In this document: positions 56,822 to 64,000 of the stretch, piece after piece
How the letters are laid out: each line of letters opens with the position of its first letter
Numbering within the stretch: position 1 is the first letter of the stretch
DNA from: an uncultured Microbacter sp.
GTDB lineage: Bacteria; Bacteroidota; Bacteroidia; Bacteroidales; Paludibacteraceae
Reading direction: 5' to 3'
Length of the DNA stretch: 64,000 nucleotides
Assembly (NCBI GenBank): GCA_963678265.1
Contig: OY782761.1
Coordinates: 2,490,714 to 2,554,713 of the forward strand
Notes under the pieces: model-generated
The model's database searches: none
What the model was told of the DNA's origin: nothing
The model's input: only the letters and a program-made list of their open reading frames with translations
Made by a program: the position numbers and the translations under genes

Positions 56822-56926
56822 GGTTGAGATTGGTTTGTTACATGCGGCATGTATGATTTTTATGCTTGTAAAGTTATCTTGACCTCACAGTTAGAATGAA
56901 TTATTGCGAAAGGTCTTTGTGACTTA

Positions 56927-57406
56927 TCATTCTATTGTCAGGTAGTTTCTGTTTGGTTTTCTCAAAAAGATCATGGTCAGATGGTCACTTACCTGTTGCC
57001 GTCTGAATTCATGGTAGCCGAGTTTGGAATATAAGTGCAGATTTTTGGTGCTCAATGAGCCAGTAAACAGTTCAAATTGCTGGCAACCGGACAAGGTAGC
57101 TTCGATGGCTTCGATTAGCAGTCGTCCAATCCCTCTGTTTTGAAAATCGGGAGCTACAATCAACTTGCCGATATGAGCTGTTTCGTTATCAATATATCCG
57201 CGTACCGAACCGACAAGTTCACCCAGAATCTCCGCTTTCAAAATGGTAGCTTGCGTAAATTCTTCTTCTAACGATTTCAAATCCTGACGCAGGGGAGGTA
57301 TATCGTTGTCCTGATATATTTCTGCCTCCGTTTGGTAACACTCTTTTTGTAACCGAAGTATTGGTTCCAGATCGGCGAGCTTTGTTTCTGAGATATCGAT
57401 GTGCAT
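56927..57406 (-). CDS. GNAT-family N-acetyltransferase
   Basis: Acetyl-CoA motif A (LIVAPDFQNRGIGRLLI). Confidence 0.8.
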   Translation of the reverse strand: MHIDISETKLADLEPILRLQKECYQTEAEIYQDNDIPPLRQDLKSLEEEFTQATILKAEILGELVGSVRGYIDNETAHIGKLIVAPDFQNRGIGRLLIEAIEATLSGCQQFELFTGSLSTKNLHLYSKLGYHEFRRQQVSDHLTMIFLRKPNRNYLTIE

Positions 57407-57439
57407 GATGTAGCTATTGGAAAAATGTGTAATTATCGG

Positions 57440-58060
57440 CTATTTGCTTGCGTTTATTTTCAACCGTTGGTGGATGGTAAACCGGATACAGCATATCTGA
57501 GCTGTTATCAATGCCAATCCTCCCACGACAATGATTCCTATTACCATCGGACGAGTTACTTCAAAGTGCAAACCCAACATCCCTCTGATTTGTTGGCCGA
57601 TACTTTCTTCTCTCAGTGCAAGGTAGGCCGATAGGGCGCAAATCACAATCATTGTCGCGCCAACAAAGAGGGCGGTTCGATTAATGATCCGTTTTCGGTC
57701 TTGCAAATTGGTCGAATTGGTGGAGAGGCGATTGCCCATATACCAACCGGCCATTATAGCCAGAAAAACATTAAAAACCGGAAAACCCATAAAGAAGCCA
57801 TACACCATCACGTTATAAACGATAAACACGAATCCGACAAAGGTCATTGAGAGGTTATATCTGCTTGTAACCCACCTTTTCAGGTAGCGAAGGTCTATCA
57901 ATAAACCAACGAGTATACCGCCTACTAAATCTAAATAGGGACTTGCTCTGTTTTCTGAACGGTCGAAATAGTACCAGATAACCACTGCTGTAAGCGCGAT
58001 TAATAGGGGAAATACAGCCCCGAAGATTATTAAGCTAGGTACGTCCTTTCTTTTCAACAT
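57440..58060 (-). CDS. hypothetical polytopic membrane protein
   Basis: 206 aa with about 6 TM helices. No recognisable motif. Confidence 0.4.
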   Translation of the reverse strand: MLKRKDVPSLIIFGAVFPLLIALTAVVIWYYFDRSENRASPYLDLVGGILVGLLIDLRYLKRWVTSRYNLSMTFVGFVFIVYNVMVYGFFMGFPVFNVFLAIMAGWYMGNRLSTNSTNLQDRKRIINRTALFVGATMIVICALSAYLALREESIGQQIRGMLGLHFEVTRPMVIGIIVVGGLALITAQICCIRFTIHQRLKINASK

Positions 58061-58133
58061 AGGAATAGCGATTATGTGATTTGTCGATTTTTAGCTTTTC
58101 AAAGTGTAACAGTCTCCCGAAGGCAGGCCTTTA

Positions 58134-58751
58134 TCAGTCGTCCATTATTTCATCCTTTGCATGAGAATTCAACCTCTTTGACATTGTTCTGCAAATGTCA
58201 GGCATGTTGTTCTGTTCTTCCGATTCCGGTCTGTCAATGCCATATACCGTTAACGGAAAGTTCAGTGGTTTTTGAACTTCCCAAATCGCATCATGTTTAT
58301 CCGGAGGCAAAATCCGGGCAGGATTTCCAACGGCAATCCAATTAATCGGAACAGAGGCGTTCGCCGGTAGAATCGTTTTCAAATGAACTACACCATTGAT
58401 TCGTACTTCGGATCCCGTTTGCAATATTGCTCCGTGAAAAACAGAAGCTCCGGTAGCGATAAATACATTATCCTCTACGGTGCAACCTGCAAGGTGGGTG
58501 TTGGAGCCTATCAAACAGTTGTTTCCAATCGATACGGGAAAATTGTCGGTTCCTCGGATAACTGCGTTTTCAAGAATAATGCAGTTGTCTCCAATGGTGA
58601 CAGGACTATTCTCTGCAATTATCTGCGCACCAAACATCACTCTGACATTTTTTTTGATAGTAACATCTCCACAAATCACAGCGTTGGGTGCTATAAAGGC
58701 GGAACTGTCGATTTTAGGTGCTTTGCCCAAATGTTTTAGTATCATATGCAT
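58134..58751 (-). CDS. left-handed beta-helix (hexapeptide repeat) protein, gamma-carbonic-anhydrase/PaaY-like
   Basis: Hexapeptide periodicity throughout (IAPNAVICGDVTIKKNVRVMFGAQI...IGNNCLIGSNTHLAGCTVEDNVFI). Confidence 0.7.
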   Translation of the reverse strand: MHMILKHLGKAPKIDSSAFIAPNAVICGDVTIKKNVRVMFGAQIIAENSPVTIGDNCIILENAVIRGTDNFPVSIGNNCLIGSNTHLAGCTVEDNVFIATGASVFHGAILQTGSEVRINGVVHLKTILPANASVPINWIAVGNPARILPPDKHDAIWEVQKPLNFPLTVYGIDRPESEEQNNMPDICRTMSKRLNSHAKDEIMDD

Positions 58752-58950
58752 TTATTTTGCGGTCAATTTTCAATCGTATACTTTGTCCATAAGAATCATT
58801 TATGATAAATAAATTATGGCAGATCTGCAAGCAAAAACGAGCACAAAATTTCCATATCTGAAAATGATAAAGCTACTTTATCGTATGTTTTATCTTCTTC
58901 AGACCGGCGAATGCTATCCGCTTCAGTTTTGTTGCTCGGTTCTGGCAGGT

Positions 58951-59358
58951 TTATTTGTTTTGTTCCATTCGATTTCGGATGGTCATCGAAATTCCGTCGA
59001 ATCCCCAACTGTCAGGGTTGAGTTCATTGATGATAAAATAGTTCGTCATATCATTCGACCCGAGTGTCTGTTTGACCAACTCTTTGCCGGCTTTAATTAC
59101 CTCCGCCATCTGTTCGGCAGAGCTGGTGCCTTTTGAAATGTGTATTTTGATAGAGCAAACTTTCTCCTGTTTTGAAGCATCTATTGGACTGCGGCCAATG
59201 TGCCAATTTGCTTGATCTATTTCGTCAACGGTTATCACGGTTAAATTCGGATCACGTCCCATGATGTTTTCGATTATATCCATTAATCCGGATATCAACG
59301 CATTCTTTTGCTCCTGATCGACTTGTTGTTTGATAACTTTTACATTGACGTAAGGCAT
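58951..59358 (-). CDS. tautomerase (4-oxalocrotonate tautomerase-like) family protein
   Basis: N-terminal Pro-1 (MPYVNVKV) and two beta-alpha-beta halves. Confidence 0.6.
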   Translation of the reverse strand: MPYVNVKVIKQQVDQEQKNALISGLMDIIENIMGRDPNLTVITVDEIDQANWHIGRSPIDASKQEKVCSIKIHISKGTSSAEQMAEVIKAGKELVKQTLGSNDMTNYFIINELNPDSWGFDGISMTIRNRMEQNK

Positions 59359-59496
59359 AGTTTTTTGTTTATTATATATTTATTGATAGGATTTGAATCT
59401 CTTATATGTAAACTGCGTAACTTTCAAATATAATGATTTTTATATTGAGTGGATTAGCTTTACGCATTATATAATCGTATTTTTTATAGCGAATAG

Positions 59497-59747
59497 ATTA
59501 TGTGAAGTCTGCAAGTAAAAACGAACACACAATGTCTATATCCAAAAGAGTCGAGACAACTTTATCGAGTGCATCATCTTCTCCGGGTGGGAAACAGCTA
59601 TCCGGTTCTGGTTTATTGCCTGAGTCTATTGAATTCATCTGCTTTGCTCCGGTTTATTACGTACAATCATTGAAATTCGGTCGAATCTCTAATTATACAC
59701 GTTTAATTTGTTGATGATAAAATAGTTCGTCATGTTATTCGATCCGT
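59497..59747 (-). pseudogene. diverged duplicate of the 3' end and downstream region of the tautomerase gene
   Basis: It aligns by eye along its length with 58814-59062, for example ttgatgataaaatagttcgtcatRtYattcgaYccg and cattgaaattcNgtcgaatc. No intact ORF. Confidence 0.6.
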
Positions 59748-60207
59748 TTTATGACATTAACGAAGAAAATGAATTGTCGGTTCGAAATTAGTAATTTCAA
59801 TACACTGGCAAAATTTTTTCTTGATCGAATGGCCGTTTTTGGCTGTGAATCCCTGATATTTGTCCTTTATTTAGATCTCAAATGTACGGCTATTTTTCGT
59901 GAAAACAGGTGTGATGAAAAGGGCCTTTATCTCTGTTCAGATTGCCATTTTCCTTCGTTTTATCGGAGACTGAAAAAATATTTGTAGATTTTACACTTAT
60001 TATTTGCAAATGTCAGGAACAAGTACGAATTTTACGCTGCATTTTTTTGCATCGTAAGCGATGAAAATTCAATAGTTATAAATCAATATCGTATGAAACG
60101 GACATTATGCAGCTGTTCGCCAAAGAAGATGTATCAACGGTCATCTATCAATGGAAAACAAAATCTTATGCGAGTTCCATGTGACCTTTCAAATTAATTA
60201 TTTACAC

Positions 60208-61371
60208 ATGAAAAAAACATTTCAAACCGCCCTGTGTCTGATGGCACTGACTCTTGGTTTAGCTTCCTGCCATTCGTCGGCAAAAAAGGCTGAACAATCC
60301 GATTCCGTTAAAGTGGTAACTCCCGAAAAGAAGAACTTTACCGACACCATCAACGGTAAGGCAGTTTCACTCTACACGCTGAAGAACAAAAACGGACTGA
60401 CGGCTTATATCACCAATTACGGTGGTCGTATTGTGGGTCTGGTTGTTCCAGACAAAAGCGGCAAACCGACCGATGTGGTTGTCGGTCATGCAACATTGAA
60501 AGAGTATACCAATCCGCTGGCGCAGTATTACGGCGCTTTGATCGGTCGTGTGGGTAACCGTATTGCCAAAGGACAGTTTTCTATCGATGGCAAAGCCTAT
60601 CAACTGGATACCAACGACGGTCCCAATTCGTTGCACGGTGGTAAAGCCGGTTATCAGGACGTAGTGTGGGATGCCGCTCAACCAAACGACTCTACGTTGG
60701 TGCTTAGTTATTTGTCGAAAGATGGCGAAGGGCACTATCCCGGTAATCTTACCATCAAAGTAACCTACACGGCAACAGCCGATAACGGTTTGAAAATAGA
60801 GTATAATGCAACAACCGACAAAAAGACTATTGTCAACCTGACCAACCATGCTTACTATAACCTGAACGGTGAAGGTAGTGGTACCATTCTCGATCATCAG
60901 TTGCAGATCAACGCTGCTAAAATGACTCCGGTAGACAGCACACTGATTCCTACAGGTGTATTGGCCCCTGTGGCAGGTACTCCGTTCGACTTCACCAAAG
61001 CTACAGCTATCGGTCAACGTATCAACGATAAGGATCAACAGTTGAAATTTGGTAAAGGTTACGACCATAACTTCGTACTGAACGGTAAACCGGGCGAAAT
61101 GTTCAAGGCCTGTACCCTCACCGGTGATAAATCGGGCATTGTAATGGACGTTTACACTGTAGAACCGGGCTTACAGTTCTATACAGGTAACTTTATGAAC
61201 AGTTCGAGCTCCTTCAAAAACGGTATTAAAGATGCTTACCGCACCGCTCTTTGCCTCGAAACACAACACTTCCCCGATGCTCCCAACCACAAGAATTTTG
61301 CTTCTATCGAACTGGCTCTGGGTAAAGTGTACAAAACCACAACCGTCTATAAATTTTCTGTAAAGAAATAA
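60208..61371 (+). CDS. galM: aldose 1-epimerase (galactose mutarotase), lipoprotein-type signal
   Basis: Signal peptide with LASC lipobox. Mutarotase motifs (NSLHGG, TNHAYYNL, CLETQHFPDAPN). Confidence 0.9.
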   Translation: MKKTFQTALCLMALTLGLASCHSSAKKAEQSDSVKVVTPEKKNFTDTINGKAVSLYTLKNKNGLTAYITNYGGRIVGLVVPDKSGKPTDVVVGHATLKEYTNPLAQYYGALIGRVGNRIAKGQFSIDGKAYQLDTNDGPNSLHGGKAGYQDVVWDAAQPNDSTLVLSYLSKDGEGHYPGNLTIKVTYTATADNGLKIEYNATTDKKTIVNLTNHAYYNLNGEGSGTILDHQLQINAAKMTPVDSTLIPTGVLAPVAGTPFDFTKATAIGQRINDKDQQLKFGKGYDHNFVLNGKPGEMFKACTLTGDKSGIVMDVYTVEPGLQFYTGNFMNSSSSFKNGIKDAYRTALCLETQHFPDAPNHKNFASIELALGKVYKTTTVYKFSVKK

Positions 61372-61465
61372 CGTTTCCAATCCGGTAACGGATCATACGA
61401 GGCTGTCTGAATAATTATTCGGGCAGCCTTTTTTGTCTCTTCTTATTTATCTTTACCTTTGCCGT

Positions 61466-63655
61466 ATGAACATCGAGAGTAAAATACGATTCAAGGCTGC
61501 CGTGCTTTATATTATCGCCGGCATCGCGGCTCTGTTTATGGTGGTGTTTCTCTACAACATGCGTGGCAATATCAACGGCCAACGAACGGAAATCAAGAAG
61601 CAGCACCGGGTACTGGCACTGACTAACGAATTGATTTATGCCGTAAGCGATGCCCAGGCATCGGTAAGTCTCTTTGTTTCTACGCACGATACCGCCTACA
61701 TCAACAGATTCGGTAAAAGGTTGCTCTCCATCAATACCCTCATCGACACGCTTACCGTTAACGAACCGGTCGGACGGGCAAAGCTGGCGCAGATGAAGCT
61801 GCTGCTGGCGCGGCAAACGTCTGAAGTTGCCAAATTGAACCGCCAGTTGGGCAACAAAAATCCGCTGACCATTATTAACGAACGTATTCGTAGATACAAA
61901 CCACAACCAGCAGCGCCATCGCGCGTGGTTACCGTGAAGCAGGATACGGTGTACAAACCGGCACCTAAGAAGAAGGGCTTTTTTAAACGGTTGGGAGAGC
62001 TCTTCAGTCCCTCTAAAAACACCACGATGATCATCTCCAACGTGAGGGTGGATACCGTAAAGGTTGGAGCCGATACACCCGCACCCATTCTTTCGGAGGT
62101 GAATGATCTGGCATTGGTGGCCGGAAAACGATACGAAAAAAACATGAAAGCGATAGAGCAACAGGTAGCCCGTCAGATCACTTCCGACCGGGAAATCTCC
62201 GCCCAGATTGCAGGTCTGTTGCTCGATCTGCACCGGCAAACACTTAATTCGGTTCTCGAAACGATCGATCGCAGCGAGAAGTCGATCAATCGCAACTACA
62301 CGTTTTCTGTTATCGGCGGCATTGTAGCGCTGGGCTTGATATTGCTCTTTATTCTGCTTATTATTTACGACGTAAACAAAGGCAAGGAGGCGCGCGAACG
62401 GCTTCGGGAGGTGATGGAGAGTCGTCACAAACTGTTGTTGTCGGTTTCGCACGACATTAAAAGTCCGTTGGGTTCCATTCTGGGTTACCTGGAATTACGC
62501 CGTCAGCAGGGCGTGGATATCAAATCGATGCAGAATTCGGCGCGACATATTCTGGCACTGCTTGAGAATCTGCTCGAATTCTCCAGTTTGGAACAGGGCT
62601 CTTTGCAACTGACAAACGCAACGTTTTCGCTTGGCGATCTGAACGAAGAGGTGGGGCAGATGTTTCTGCCTCTGGCTCAGAAGAAGGGGCTTGCCTTTAC
62701 TTTCTCTTCGGATGGAGTTCGTCTCGTCTCCGATCAGATGAAGATAAAACAGATTATCGTTAATTTAGTGTCGAATGCCGTGAAATATACCCGCGAAGGT
62801 GAAATCAAACTCCATACCGGCTACGATGGACACCGGCTCGCTATTGAAGTGAGCGATACCGGAGCGGGTATTCCCGACGACAAACTGGAAGAGATCTACG
62901 AACCCTTTTCGCGGGTAGAGAGCAACAATGCGCTGGCACATGGCACCGGATTGGGGATGTATGTGGTAAAGGGACTCATCGATCTGCTCGGAGGCTCTAT
63001 CCGGGTGCGTTCTGCAGTGGGGAAGGGTACCGAAGTGAAGGTGTTTATTCTCTGTCGCGAAGCTGAGGTGCGTATTAAAAAGGGAACGAAAAAGATAGCC
63101 GTGTGTGACGACGATCCGGTGGTGGCTCAAATGGCCTGCGATATGCTCGCGCGGCTGGGACATCAGGTGGTGGAAACCGGCTTTGATGTTATTCTTACCG
63201 ATATGGAGATGGGCGAACGAACCGGACTGGATGTTCTGGCCGAAGCCGGCAGTGTACCGGTGGTGGTTATGACCGGTCACAGCGATTTTACCTCCGAAAA
63301 GGCTATTCAGCTCGGTTTTGAAGCCTTTTTGCCCAAACCGTTTACACTCGATGCGCTTCGGGAAATATTTAGCGAGGGTGAAGCCTCATCTGCATCCGAT
63401 AGTTTTCTGGAAGAGGATGACGAAGAGATCAGAGAGCTGTTTAAAATATCTACGATTGAAAATTATTCGCTTTTGGCACAAGCGCTTGCAAATGATGATT
63501 TTGGCAAAGCACAGGCCGTTTGCCATAAAATGCTTCCGATGTTTGTGCTGTTGGGCTATCCGGCAGAGGCGTTGCGTCGGATGGATGCCCGGCGCGGAGA
63601 GTTGTACAATGGTTGGCAGGATGATGTGAGGGCCGTTCTTTCGATTAAAGTTTGA
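61466..63655 (+). CDS. hybrid sensor histidine kinase / response regulator
   Basis: Two TM helices, HisKA H-box (SHDIKSPL), HATPase (DTGAGIP, GTGLGMYV), a receiver domain (ILTDMEM) and a C-terminal HPt-like helix bundle. Confidence 0.85.
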   Translation: MNIESKIRFKAAVLYIIAGIAALFMVVFLYNMRGNINGQRTEIKKQHRVLALTNELIYAVSDAQASVSLFVSTHDTAYINRFGKRLLSINTLIDTLTVNEPVGRAKLAQMKLLLARQTSEVAKLNRQLGNKNPLTIINERIRRYKPQPAAPSRVVTVKQDTVYKPAPKKKGFFKRLGELFSPSKNTTMIISNVRVDTVKVGADTPAPILSEVNDLALVAGKRYEKNMKAIEQQVARQITSDREISAQIAGLLLDLHRQTLNSVLETIDRSEKSINRNYTFSVIGGIVALGLILLFILLIIYDVNKGKEARERLREVMESRHKLLLSVSHDIKSPLGSILGYLELRRQQGVDIKSMQNSARHILALLENLLEFSSLEQGSLQLTNATFSLGDLNEEVGQMFLPLAQKKGLAFTFSSDGVRLVSDQMKIKQIIVNLVSNAVKYTREGEIKLHTGYDGHRLAIEVSDTGAGIPDDKLEEIYEPFSRVESNNALAHGTGLGMYVVKGLIDLLGGSIRVRSAVGKGTEVKVFILCREAEVRIKKGTKKIAVCDDDPVVAQMACDMLARLGHQVVETGFDVILTDMEMGERTGLDVLAEAGSVPVVVMTGHSDFTSEKAIQLGFEAFLPKPFTLDALREIFSEGEASSASDSFLEEDDEEIRELFKISTIENYSLLAQALANDDFGKAQAVCHKMLPMFVLLGYPAEALRRMDARRGELYNGWQDDVRAVLSIKV

Positions 63656-64000
63656 TACCGTAGAGATGCATCTTGTTGTAGAGCGTTTTACGGTCTATTT
63701 TCAGCAGTTGCGCCGCCAGTGTCTTATTCCCGCGTGTTTTCCGCAATACACTCTCTATCTGTTCGCGTTCATTATCAGGCTGTAATGCCAGATCTTCGTG
63801 CACCGGTTGTAAAGCAAAAGCAGGAATCTCGTCGGGTGTAATCTGATTTTTCGAGGCAAACAGTACCAATCGTCTCACCGTATTGCGCAGTTCGCGCAGA
63901 TTGCCACTCCAGTGGTGTTTTTCGAGCAATGCCATCGCTTCGGGAGAGAAGCATTCTATCTTTTTATCCAACTCTTCGTTGGCCTGACGCAAAAATTCAT
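63645..64000 (-). CDS. sigma-54-dependent (NtrC/Fis-type) transcriptional regulator, C-terminal part only (runs off the window)
   Basis: End of the AAA+ domain (WSGNLRELRN) and a Fis-type HTH (GNKTLAAQLLKIDRKTLYNKM). Confidence 0.8.
   Translation of the reverse strand, partial: EFLRQANEELDKKIECFSPEAMALLEKHHWSGNLRELRNTVRRLVLFASKNQITPDEIPAFALQPVHEDLALQPDNEREQIESVLRKTRGNKTLAAQLLKIDRKTLYNKMHLYGIKL

Overview
This is a 64-kb chromosomal segment that looks like Bacteroidota, probably order Bacteroidales. Supporting signs are TAnnTTTG -7 promoter boxes, the purH-mreBCD-mrdA-rodA gene order, parAB followed by a DUF5683 gene, and many DUF families typical of Bacteroidetes. Most of the window is housekeeping. 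It holds a sugar symporter with a cellobiose 2-epimerase-like gene, pyrC, ogt, an M16 peptidase, parAB, ahcY, smpB, metH, pnuC, purH, the rod-shape/elongasome operon, galM and a hybrid histidine kinase. I saw no rRNA, tRNA or CRISPR array.

Four things stand out:
1. metH carries an in-frame 603-bp insertion in an interdomain linker. The insert encodes a DUF559/Vsr-like nuclease and is bracketed by inverted GC-rich hairpin repeats. A miniature, empty copy of the same repeat pair sits about 1 kb away and recodes the pnuC C-terminus.
2. An AT-rich island (about 39.7-44.3 kb) has roughly 25-35% GC by hand count of sampled lines, against about 47% in the flanks. It carries a tightly coupled three-gene operon (TerB-like protein, 4-TM coiled-coil protein, vWA-like lipoprotein), an SH3/DUF3761 secreted protein and a TerB-BRCT fusion. 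I treat this as a candidate uncharacterised membrane-associated stress or defence module.
3. An intact IS256-family element with an 8-bp target duplication lies next to an 84-bp palindromic MITE built from its ends, and next to a 3 x 105-bp tandem repeat.
4. Several intergenic repeat families occur, including a 7 x 42-bp (14 x 21-bp) array between a PAS-LuxR regulator and an FN3-like gene, and a roughly 200-bp composite repeat that borders the accessory gene blocks.

All product calls come from reading motifs in the supplied translations, with no database search. Start codons are best guesses.
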